A DNA stretch of 13,367 bases from the NCBI GenBank assembly GCA_016933575.1, contig JAFGAR010000098.1, positions 1 to 13,367 of the forward strand, given 5' to 3'. Under the pieces are notes generated by a model that made no database searches, was not told where the DNA came from, and saw nothing but the letters and a program-made list of their open reading frames with translations. Below, one piece after another: positions 1 through 8,384 of this stretch. How positions within the stretch are numbered: the first letter of the stretch is position 1; each line of letters starts with the position of its first letter. Position numbers and translations under genes: made by a program. This DNA is from Candidatus Thorarchaeota archaeon. GTDB lineage: Archaea; Asgardarchaeota; Thorarchaeia; Thorarchaeales; Thorarchaeaceae.

Positions 1-9
1 GCTACGAGG

Positions 10-465
10 ATGTCGATGTTTCTAAAAGATACAGAAACAAATGTGGATTCTTCTGAACGTGATGTTCAGCAAGTTCCTTTTGTTGAGCTCTATAAGAATC
101 GCATTCAGGGTGTCGTTTCTTCTGGGTCTGATGTGAATAGAGTCTATATCGCATACATTGATTCTGACACTCACAACTACTACTGCAGTACGAATAACAA
201 TAGGCGATGTGGTGGATTACGAGGTTCCTACTGCAAGCATATCCGCTGGATGCTTGATGAAGCCATCCAGCAGTATGGTGTTCTCCGAATAGCGGAATTC
301 CTCCACTTGGACTCGACGCTTTCCGGCGTTCAAACTCACCATCTACACGGCAGAGAGGTGAATGAGAATCTTAGCGAGGTCTTCAGTCGTTTCCTTGGCT
401 ACCTAAAGTATCTTGATGGAACGGCTTCTTCTGTACCAATTCCTGAGTTGTCATGGTTCATCTGA
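10..465 (+). CDS. Small variant SWIM-type zinc-finger protein, first visible gene of a MoxR/YehL-type operon
   Basis: Motif YYCSTNNNRRCGGLRGSYCKHI is C-x7-C-x7-C-x-H (Cys codons at 184, 208, 232; His at 238). It follows a beta-rich segment (IQGVVSSGS..RVYIAYI), as in SWIM proteins. The start is uncertain: ATG at 10 or 16 (GAGG at 6-9 suits 16), and the frame stays open to the window edge. Confidence 0.8.
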   Translation: MSMFLKDTETNVDSSERDVQQVPFVELYKNRIQGVVSSGSDVNRVYIAYIDSDTHNYYCSTNNNRRCGGLRGSYCKHIRWMLDEAIQQYGVLRIAEFLHLDSTLSGVQTHHLHGREVNENLSEVFSRFLGYLKYLDGTASSVPIPELSWFI

Positions 466-476
466 GGTAGCTTGCT

Positions 477-1883
477 ATGAGTGATTACGATTTCGGCAAT
501 CTTCCTGACTTACCTGGTGAAATAGCTGATATTGACAGACTACTAGATGATCTCGACCATTGTCTCCTTGTTGGATTCTCACATTTGACTGACACTGAAA
601 CTGCCATCTTCGAATCGCTACAGTCCGCTCTAGATGGAACTCCTCTTTCAACGCTGATTTCGGGAATCATTGATTCCTACAATCAGAATATTCTAGACGA
701 GTCGTTTTTTGAAAAGCTTTCCATCATTAGATCTTCTCTTCAAACTGTCAAGTATGAGGCTCTAAAGGATCATCTCACGAAGTGTCTTGGCCGCAAAAGG
801 AGAGCTACTGACTTTGCTCCCTCTCCCAGCCCGGGAAATGAACATGCAATACTTGATGCAGTTAGGTCCTTTCTCAAGGACCTTGCAATTGCTGGGTTTG
901 AACGGATAAACAGGGATATCCTCGAGCCTTTTGACACGACTCTCGACAAGATGCTGGATCAAGCCGAGCTATATCCAATTGCTGCCCTCCTCACAGGCTT
1001 CTATAATGAGCTGATCAATGCCCTCCCAATCAATAGCCGCGAAAGCGTTCCTCTCATTCGCTGGTGCGATTTATGGTCTCGTGTGTTTCTCAAGTTGATA
1101 CACCCTAGGATCCCCGCTGAGGCTTCTCTAGTGGACGGAGAGTTCTTCCCGCTCGGGAGTGAATATCTGCATCATCGAAATCTTGTCGCAATACGCTTTC
1201 ATGGACTACTTGAGACAGCCAAAGAAAAGCAGCTTGTGCAAATCACATTCTCCTCTCTCAAGGTGGATATTGTAAATCTACAAAGCTCTCAACATCTAAT
1301 TCCTCAACTTTCGGTATTCCTTCAGGCTCTTTCAGGCTCCTCTCGAATCCTATTGAGGAACTATAATTTATACCCAACAGGTGACCTAGAACAGACACCA
1401 GCCTCTGCCTGCAGCGCGGGGAAGAGCTTTGATAGGATTGGCATGCTGTCCCAGTACTTCTGTATTGGTAGCTCTGATGAATCGATTACTATCAATCAAC
1501 CGCATCCCTTCCATTGTCATCCAGCAGTTCTTGCAGAACCAGTCCTTATTGGCAGTCCTGTTTGGACTATGGAGAAAGAGGAGTACCTCATAGAGATCAA
1601 GGGAACATCCATCCCGATACGATTCAAACATGTTATGCCTGAATTTGGCACCGCGATCAAATCAACAGGTGGATTGGTTTCAATTGAATCCATTTTTGGA
1701 ATCTTAAAGTTTGATAGTGCTCATTGGTTCATTCAGCCTCTCTTGGTTGTCAGTTCGCTTTCAAACAGCTATTTTGCGGGTTCAAGTATGCTAGGTTCCC
1801 AGAACCCTCCAAAGGATGCGAACCAAATCGCCATTCTGAAGGAACGCGCAAGTCGTCTTCTACGAGGGAAAGGAGGCTGTTAG
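477..1883 (+). CDS. Hypothetical protein (468 aa), MoxR/vWA operon-associated; helical N-terminal half, beta-rich C-terminal half
   Basis: Long ORF with GAGGT at 464-468 overlapping the previous stop codon, an 11-nt gap to the upstream gene and a 1-nt gap to the downstream gene. No catalytic motif recognised. Confidence 0.8.
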   Translation: MSDYDFGNLPDLPGEIADIDRLLDDLDHCLLVGFSHLTDTETAIFESLQSALDGTPLSTLISGIIDSYNQNILDESFFEKLSIIRSSLQTVKYEALKDHLTKCLGRKRRATDFAPSPSPGNEHAILDAVRSFLKDLAIAGFERINRDILEPFDTTLDKMLDQAELYPIAALLTGFYNELINALPINSRESVPLIRWCDLWSRVFLKLIHPRIPAEASLVDGEFFPLGSEYLHHRNLVAIRFHGLLETAKEKQLVQITFSSLKVDIVNLQSSQHLIPQLSVFLQALSGSSRILLRNYNLYPTGDLEQTPASACSAGKSFDRIGMLSQYFCIGSSDESITINQPHPFHCHPAVLAEPVLIGSPVWTMEKEEYLIEIKGTSIPIRFKHVMPEFGTAIKSTGGLVSIESIFGILKFDSAHWFIQPLLVVSSLSNSYFAGSSMLGSQNPPKDANQIAILKERASRLLRGKGGC

Positions 1884-1884
1884 A

Positions 1885-3411
1885 TTGGACGAAGGACAAT
1901 TCTCCCGAAGGCGACAGGTCATCTGCTGGCATCTGCTCAAATCTATTATATCCCCGGATGAAGAGGACCAGAACATCGATTTGATGACCAAGGAGATAGT
2001 TGAAGAGCTTGGGCTTCCAGAGATCATCCTCGACCCATCTATTTCAATTGACAACCTCTTGAAACGTTATCCTGAGCTGAAGGAAATCTATGACCTCATT
2101 GACCTCAGTGAGAATGATGCGGCTACCGATGCTGATGTCTCCGATTTCGCAATGGAACTGAAGAAACTCGTCTTACATGCAAAGGTGCTCGGTAACACAT
2201 TGGGTCAAAATACTCAGAGTCCAGTCGTTTCAGCGCAGCAGTATCAGCAATGGACCAAGGATTTGGAATATCTTGAGGGGATGTATCAACTACCACCTGG
2301 TGGAATACGTAAGGGTGGAGTGATGACAAAGACCAGATCGCCACGATTTGATGATCGAGAAACCAGTGCTCAAGGAAAGGTGACAAAGGGGCGCGGGGGT
2401 CGCAGTCGACCACATCCTGGAGCGGGGCGGACAGGACGTGACTCAGGGAGTCCTTCTGGGGGTGGAGGACAAGGTGCATCAACTGAGACCCGTGACATAG
2501 GTCCTCGAACCTCTCTAATCGATATACCCGACCTGACCTTCATCGACAATGAGCTTATCGAGCGGATGAAGATACGAGAGATGCTCGAAGATGATGAACT
2601 GGCCGCTAAGCTCACGCCTTCCATGGGTCTCATCGAGCAACTGCTCTATGAGAAATCCAACATCTCAGGAATCGCGCTCAAGAATGCAAAGTCACTCATC
2701 AAACGTTTCGTGACCCAAATGACGGAGGTCCTCAAAATTATGGTCGACCAAACCCCTACCGGGAAAATAGACTACTCAGTCCCTCCGAAGCGGGTCTTCA
2801 GAAATCTGGATATGAAGCGTACAATCTGGAGGAACCTCCCCTATTGGGATCCTGAATCCCGCAAGCTCTACATCAATCATCTGTACTATCATCATACTGC
2901 TAAGAAGAAGAATCCGAAGCGATTGATCGTCGTAGTGGATCAATCAGGTTCGATGGTCGACGCCATGGTTCAGTGCACCATACTCGCCTCTATCTTTGCT
3001 GGAATCCCCAATGTTTCAGTCGATTTGCTGGCATTCGATACAAGAATACTTGATCTAACGCCTTGGGTCAGTGATCCATTCGAGGCATTACTACGCACAC
3101 AACTAGGTGGAGGCACGCATATCTATCAAGCGCTCGTTGAGGCAGCGAATCGCGTGACGAATCCAAAGAGCACTGCTATCGTCCTGATCTCGGACTTCTA
3201 TGAGGGCGGTAGCCGCGAGGTCCTGTTTGATTATATTAAATCGTTGATTGATTCAGATATCCATTTCATACCGGTAGGGTCTGTTACCTCTTCTGGCTAC
3301 TTCAGTGTGGACGAGTGGTTCAGATCCAAGTTGAAATCAATTGGACATCCAATCCTTACAGGAAGTCCGAAGAAGCTTATAGCTGAGATAAAGCAAGCCA
3401 TTGTAACGTAG
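1885..3411 (+). CDS. vWA domain protein (VWA_CoxE / YehP-like), MoxR partner
   Basis: TTG start at 1885 with AGGAGG at 1871-1876. Complete MIDAS: VVVDQSGSM (D at 2938), GGGTHI and LISDFYEG. The pre-vWA segment LDMKRTIWRNL is typical of CoxE/YehP-like proteins. Confidence 0.9.
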   Translation: MDEGQFSRRRQVICWHLLKSIISPDEEDQNIDLMTKEIVEELGLPEIILDPSISIDNLLKRYPELKEIYDLIDLSENDAATDADVSDFAMELKKLVLHAKVLGNTLGQNTQSPVVSAQQYQQWTKDLEYLEGMYQLPPGGIRKGGVMTKTRSPRFDDRETSAQGKVTKGRGGRSRPHPGAGRTGRDSGSPSGGGGQGASTETRDIGPRTSLIDIPDLTFIDNELIERMKIREMLEDDELAAKLTPSMGLIEQLLYEKSNISGIALKNAKSLIKRFVTQMTEVLKIMVDQTPTGKIDYSVPPKRVFRNLDMKRTIWRNLPYWDPESRKLYINHLYYHHTAKKKNPKRLIVVVDQSGSMVDAMVQCTILASIFAGIPNVSVDLLAFDTRILDLTPWVSDPFEALLRTQLGGGTHIYQALVEAANRVTNPKSTAIVLISDFYEGGSREVLFDYIKSLIDSDIHFIPVGSVTSSGYFSVDEWFRSKLKSIGHPILTGSPKKLIAEIKQAIVT

Positions 3412-3422
3412 GAGTTGAAAGC

Positions 3423-4601
3423 ATGTCGAAAAAAGGAAAATCAATGAAAGTGGCTCAGGTTACTCCCGCAAAGACATCCAAACCGTCCTCAGAGGAAGTA
3501 GAGATACTTCGTGAACCAGCTGAGGTGAAGTACAAGGATGAGCTGGAATACCTGATCTCGATAGACCCGGAAACAAAGCCTTTCTCATGGCATTTGTCTC
3601 CACGAATGGTCCGCATCTTCATTTTGGGAAGTGAAAAGTCTGACAAGCTCGATAGAACCATCAATCAGAAATGGTTCGGAGCTTCTTCTATCGTCGAACG
3701 GGCGATTGTCACCTTGGCATCTGATAGAGGGTTGCTGCTGATCGGTGACCCGGGGACCGGTAAGAGCTGGCTGGCTGAGTTGCTAGCAGCAGCAATCAGT
3801 CGCAATTCGGTGAATGTCCTGCAAGGGACCGCTGGAACGACAGAGGATCAGATTAAGTACAGCTGGAACATCGCCCAAGTCATAGCAGAGGGACAGTCAC
3901 GAGATGCGCTCATTCCTTCTCCTCTCATGACCTCAATGGTGCAAGGGAGTATTGGTCGGTTCGAGGAGCTCACAAGATGTACCAGTGATGTACAAGATGC
4001 ACTAATCTCGATAATGAGTGAGAAGTATATCTCCATACCTGAACTGGATATACGGAATATGGTCTTCGCCAAGCCTGGCTTCAACATCATCGCCACCGCG
4101 AACAGCCGCGATCGAGGCGTGAATGATCTATCCTCCGCATTGAAGCGACGCTTCAACTTCGTTCACATCCCTATTGTGACGAACAAGAAGATCGAAACAG
4201 AGATCATCGAATTCAGGACACAAGATCTGATGTCAAGGCATGGATTCCAGGTTGCAGTTCCTCCCACATTGCTCAACATATTAATCCAGACATTCAATGA
4301 CCTTCGAGAATTCAATGCATCAGCAACCTCTGACGACACCAGACTTGAATCTGCTTTATCCACTGCCGAGCAGATTGGAGTACTTGAGGATGCGGTTCTC
4401 TATAGTAGATTCTTCAACGCCGATAAACTGGAATCAGGCATTCTGGGACAATCTCTTGTAACAACCCTGATTCGCCGGTTCCCTGAGGATGTATCCATTC
4501 TGAACAAGTTCTGGCATGGAGTGGTCGAACGCTACGCCAAAGACGATACAGAATGGAAGGAATTCGCGGCTGGAGGAAAGACCGCTATGACGAAGCTCTG
4601 A
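3423..4601 (+). CDS. MoxR-family AAA+ ATPase (AAA_5, YehL-like subfamily)
   Basis: Walker A GDPGTGKS (3744-3767), Walker B GRFEELTR (3954-3977), sensor-1 ATANSRD and Arg finger LKRRF. The segments EPAEVKYKDEL and QGTAGTTEDQIKYSWN are YehL-like. GGAG SD lies at 3411-3414. Confidence 0.93.
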   Translation: MSKKGKSMKVAQVTPAKTSKPSSEEVEILREPAEVKYKDELEYLISIDPETKPFSWHLSPRMVRIFILGSEKSDKLDRTINQKWFGASSIVERAIVTLASDRGLLLIGDPGTGKSWLAELLAAAISRNSVNVLQGTAGTTEDQIKYSWNIAQVIAEGQSRDALIPSPLMTSMVQGSIGRFEELTRCTSDVQDALISIMSEKYISIPELDIRNMVFAKPGFNIIATANSRDRGVNDLSSALKRRFNFVHIPIVTNKKIETEIIEFRTQDLMSRHGFQVAVPPTLLNILIQTFNDLREFNASATSDDTRLESALSTAEQIGVLEDAVLYSRFFNADKLESGILGQSLVTTLIRRFPEDVSILNKFWHGVVERYAKDDTEWKEFAAGGKTAMTKL

Positions 4602-4630
4602 GATACCTGGTAGTGGAGGGAGGCGCTCTT

Positions 4631-7396
4631 ATGACTATCAGGATTGATTACTCACCTCTTCGCGAGCAAATTGAAACCCTCGCAAAGAAATACTCGCCAA
4701 AAGGAACGAAAGCAGACCAGTTCCTTCTCTCTATGGTTAATGATGTCGAGCGTGCCATGGCTGAAACCTTAGAGATCTTTCCGGTCTGTCATCATTCACC
4801 TTCCTCTGCTCTTCACCTTCTCCGTCGCTTGAGTGAGAAACCTGTCAAAGCAATCTATGTGGAGATGTGTGAGGACCTACGAGAGCTTGTCGATATGCTT
4901 CCTGAATGCGAACTACCGGTAGCACTCCAAGCATTTGCAGGTGCTTCTGATGCGTTTCCCGAGGAATGGTTTCCTCTTACTGTTGTAGCCCCCCTCACAG
5001 AATCGTCAGCTGAGTATCAGGCTATTGCTTATGCCATTAGCAATCCTGATGTCGACCTAGTCTTTGTGGATCGTGCAGTTGACTATATCTTCCAAAATAT
5101 CGATCAAAAGGGGATGGAACTAAAGACGCTCATCCCTGATGCCAACGAGAAAGGTGAGAGTGCCGCGCTAGGTATACGAGTTGGTGACATGATGCCTACC
5201 ATGGAGAGCTTTCTTGCCTTCCTTCTGAAGAATGCGCGGGTCAGGCACTTCTCAGAGTGGTGGGATCAATATGTTGATCAAGCGCTGCTCTCAGCAGACT
5301 ATCAGAACTATCGTCAGATTCTATTCCTGATAGGGAGTCTATTCAGAAAGATCGGGACAGAGCCAAAGGAACTTGATGAGAGCCGCATGAGAGAACGCTT
5401 CATGTGGACACGAATAAAGCAGCATATGAAGCAGACGGGCATCAAGCCATCGGATGCCATCTATATCTGTGGTGCTTCCCACTCAGTCTGCGAGGTTTCT
5501 GAATTTGGGACCGACTCCGACGTTCTTTGGGACATACCTCCAAGGACAGCCACCAACTGGTTGTATGGCCTTATTCCGTATAGCTTCAGTGCTATTGAGA
5601 AGCAATTCGACATGTTTCCTGGTATGATATCCATCTCCGAACGGACATGGAAAAAGGGATTGGCCTCTCAGCAACTGAGTCCACTCGCTGTGGGGAAATC
5701 AAGGGGACGAAAATCCGATGAGCAGAAAGCAGCAAGACGACCTGCGAGAACGACGAAGTCATCCAAGCAGCCTAGCGATGACTCTATCTCTATCGATGAC
5801 ATGCTATCCTATCTGATAAAGCCTCCATCTCAAATCAAGGCCGATGATGAAGAGCTGGTCCGAAATTGCGTTGAGATCGTCTCTCTTGCACGGTCAAATG
5901 GCTATCTCGCTAGTACCGCTGACTCTATTGCTATCTACGAAACCTCTTTGCTATTAGCGAATCTTCGAGAGCGGATTCAACCATCCTTCTTTGATTTCCA
6001 GGATGCTGCTGTCACATGTCTGGAAAAAGACTATGTGCCGAAAAACAAAAACATCTTTCAGCTCTGTCATGAGATGCTCTCAATCGACAAGATGGGAAGG
6101 GTTGGCTATACTTCCTTGCCCCCCCTGGCACAGGACGTGTACGACCGTCTATCAGTGCTTCAGGGAGTCAACTTGAAGGCAAAAACCAATCAGCGCGCAC
6201 TCATGGATTTCAAGAAGAATCTCAAGTACTTGGATTGCTCAGATGTCCTTTGGCAGATTCATTACCTGCTTCCCTCCATTGACATCGTTGTTCCTATCAT
6301 GGGAGAACTTGAGTTGGGTAAGGAGCGACTGCAAGAATCATGGGATATCAAGTTCGGGAAGCAGCAAGCTGCATTGATCCAGCTAGGTTATGAGGGAATC
6401 TCACTCGAACAGGTCATAGAGCAACGTATGAATCGAATCTGTTTTAGGGATGGTGCGAAATCAGGAGAAGTGCTGCAAATCGCAAAGGATAGCATTCTAC
6501 TTCTACGTAGTCCACGGTTTACTGAATCCCTAGGTTCACATGCCGAGCATCAGCTAGCTACAGAACTAGGTGTTGAGGATGCACCTGACAATTACCGCAT
6601 TATTCGCGAGCTGATATACTATTACCAAGCGACTTCAAAGGGAGTTCCTGATTGGATCAAGAGTTATGTTGCAACCGGATACTCCCACTATATCTCAATG
6701 TTGCCACAGGCTTTCGTCGATAGAGGGACTACTCCTGAGCAAATCGCTGGGATGCTCAACTTCATTCTGACCCTGGAGAACTTGGCGATATCTATGGGTT
6801 GCAACCGAACTCAGCTCGTGATAGCACTCCAGAATATCGGGGTGCCATCGCATGAGATCGATCCGAATAAACTAGGACTATTGTGGTCTGCTGAATGGCT
6901 GTTGCGAATGCGTACACTTGAGGACATTCGATCGCACTTCGAGTTGCTATTCACGAATCCTCTATTGATGAATAACATACCTCAGTATGTACGAGGTTTC
7001 CTCCTCTCGCTAACCTTCGCTCCTGGCATATCATCATTCATCGTGGAGATTTTGAGTAGAATCTACTCCTCTGTACCAACGAAAGCTCTTCTTCCTTGGC
7101 TACTGAATCAGCTCCTTGAGCTCAGAGTTAATAGAGGCGTCGTACTGGAACTTCTGAGAGATGTGATTCTAATCCATCCCACAAGTCTCAAGGAACTTGA
7201 CAACTGGTCGCCTCCGTGGGAAAAGGAGTCTATGTCCACCGTGGATACACAAACTCAATCCCTTTCAAAGGAATCATCCGCCTTGGAGAAAGAACGTTCT
7301 TCCGTATCAGAGGCCTTTACTACTTATGCACCAAGTATCAAGGCTCTCCTCAAGGCATGTGGTGTCATGGTGCAGGATGACTCTCACACTACGTGA
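4631..7396 (+). CDS. DUF5682 / YehM-like large protein (921 aa)
   Basis: Start reassigned from 4553 to the ATG at 4631, which has GGAGGGAGG at 4615-4623 and does not overlap the ATPase. Motifs PVCHHSPSSA, SAEYQAIAYA, RERFM, YICGASH and YLASTADSIA match my recollection of DUF5682/YehM proteins, which are encoded beside YehL-type ATPases. Confidence 0.85.
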   Translation: MTIRIDYSPLREQIETLAKKYSPKGTKADQFLLSMVNDVERAMAETLEIFPVCHHSPSSALHLLRRLSEKPVKAIYVEMCEDLRELVDMLPECELPVALQAFAGASDAFPEEWFPLTVVAPLTESSAEYQAIAYAISNPDVDLVFVDRAVDYIFQNIDQKGMELKTLIPDANEKGESAALGIRVGDMMPTMESFLAFLLKNARVRHFSEWWDQYVDQALLSADYQNYRQILFLIGSLFRKIGTEPKELDESRMRERFMWTRIKQHMKQTGIKPSDAIYICGASHSVCEVSEFGTDSDVLWDIPPRTATNWLYGLIPYSFSAIEKQFDMFPGMISISERTWKKGLASQQLSPLAVGKSRGRKSDEQKAARRPARTTKSSKQPSDDSISIDDMLSYLIKPPSQIKADDEELVRNCVEIVSLARSNGYLASTADSIAIYETSLLLANLRERIQPSFFDFQDAAVTCLEKDYVPKNKNIFQLCHEMLSIDKMGRVGYTSLPPLAQDVYDRLSVLQGVNLKAKTNQRALMDFKKNLKYLDCSDVLWQIHYLLPSIDIVVPIMGELELGKERLQESWDIKFGKQQAALIQLGYEGISLEQVIEQRMNRICFRDGAKSGEVLQIAKDSILLLRSPRFTESLGSHAEHQLATELGVEDAPDNYRIIRELIYYYQATSKGVPDWIKSYVATGYSHYISMLPQAFVDRGTTPEQIAGMLNFILTLENLAISMGCNRTQLVIALQNIGVPSHEIDPNKLGLLWSAEWLLRMRTLEDIRSHFELLFTNPLLMNNIPQYVRGFLLSLTFAPGISSFIVEILSRIYSSVPTKALLPWLLNQLLELRVNRGVVLELLRDVILIHPTSLKELDNWSPPWEKESMSTVDTQTQSLSKESSALEKERSSVSEAFTTYAPSIKALLKACGVMVQDDSHTT

Positions 7397-7452
7397 GCAT
7401 CTTCACGAATCTCTATTAGCGTCATAGACTTGAGGATCTTCCAGAAGTTTCT

Positions 7453-8022
7453 TCAGAACTGATTATCGATATCATCAGGGGTCTCCCGCGCAAAGTTTTC
7501 CTTGTTCTGTTGTTCAAGATGACTCAGAATTGCTTGATATTGGGTCTCAGTGTCATCCAACCAGGATATCTCAAGAATCTGAAGACCTAATATCTCGGCT
7601 TTGTCCTTGTAGTACGAGAAGGGATAGGAGCACTGCTTGATGATTCTATGTTCTGGAGTCGGATTCTCCCTTCTTCTCTGTCTTTCAATGCAGATTTGCT
7701 CAGGCGCACTCACAAAGACCACGAGTCCCTTCTTATCTTTGAAGAAGGTTCGAGCAAGTTTCTCGAATATCTGGTCAGGATAGTCGTTCGAGGCCTCAAG
7801 AATGGACGCAGATGATGAAGCCAATTGATCGATGACTTCATCATACAGGTCTCTTAGTTTCTCCTCCAGATCATTATTACCAAATTTCAAAGCGAAATCT
7901 GGAATTAATTCTCGCGCATCGAAGACCTCAATGGCGAAGTCCTGTGTCATTCTTTGGACAAGTCGCGTCTTTCCGCTACCTGATGGGCCAGTTACAAATA
8001 TCGGGACATCTAGGGTCTTCAT
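7453..8022 (-). CDS. P-loop small-molecule/nucleotide kinase-like protein (AAA_33 / NMP-kinase fold)
   Basis: N-terminal Walker A IFVTGPSGSGKT and lid motif VFVSAPEQICIERQRRR (RxxxR); 189 aa. Substrate unknown. Confidence 0.8.
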   Translation of the reverse strand: MKTLDVPIFVTGPSGSGKTRLVQRMTQDFAIEVFDARELIPDFALKFGNNDLEEKLRDLYDEVIDQLASSSASILEASNDYPDQIFEKLARTFFKDKKGLVVFVSAPEQICIERQRRRENPTPEHRIIKQCSYPFSYYKDKAEILGLQILEISWLDDTETQYQAILSHLEQQNKENFARETPDDIDNQF

Positions 8023-8094
8023 TTTGAAACCTATCCTATTGATCGATACTTTTTGGAAATAAGGCAGTATCTACTATTTGCATTTGAATCATAT

Positions 8095-8116
8095 GAAGAA
8101 TGTATATACCTTCAAA
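8095..8116. promoter_or_regulatory. Putative bidirectional TATA box for the divergent kinase and small membrane protein genes
   Basis: Self-complementary GTATATAC at 8102-8109 in the 122-bp divergent gap. Purine-rich BRE-like sequence lies upstream on both strands (GAAGAAT on +, TGAAG on -). Confidence 0.45.
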
Positions 8117-8144
8117 TTACGGAATTAGCTCTTGGAGATAGCCA

Positions 8145-8384
8145 ATGTCATCGACAAAGGACTCGCGACTGGCAAGAGGGTGTCAATCTCTTTGTGTGCT
8201 CATCATTGGAGTTCTAACCTTTTCCATGATACTGTCTGTGCAAGATATGGGATTTGATCTCCCCCTCTTCATGTACATCGGATGGTTCATCGTCTTGCTA
8301 TGCATCCTTATTGCCCTTGGTCTAATTATCGGTAAATGTAAACCATGGACTCCTCATCATTCATTCGATTACTTCCCATTGTAG
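8145..8384 (+). CDS. Small membrane protein, 2 predicted TM helices (possibly 3' frameshifted)
   Basis: GGAG upstream of the ATG. Two hydrophobic stretches: LCVLIIGVLTFSMILSV and LFMYIGWFIVLLCILIALGLII. Confidence 0.6.
   Translation: MSSTKDSRLARGCQSLCVLIIGVLTFSMILSVQDMGFDLPLFMYIGWFIVLLCILIALGLIIGKCKPWTPHHSFDYFPL

Noticed and set aside
4553-4630. Upstream ATG for the DUF5682 gene
   Set aside because: It would overlap the ATPase by 49 nt. A strong SD precedes the ATG at 4631.
485-7427. Short antisense and alternate-frame ORFs (60-119 aa) inside the operon
   Set aside because: They are nested in or overlap well-supported genes, carry no motifs, and have Ser-rich shadow-ORF composition.
7453-8022. 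PSTK/KTI12 or adenylate kinase assignment for the P-loop protein
   Set aside because: It is too short for PSTK, lacks the DDxxY-type motif, and lacks the adenylate kinase DG[FY]PR motif.
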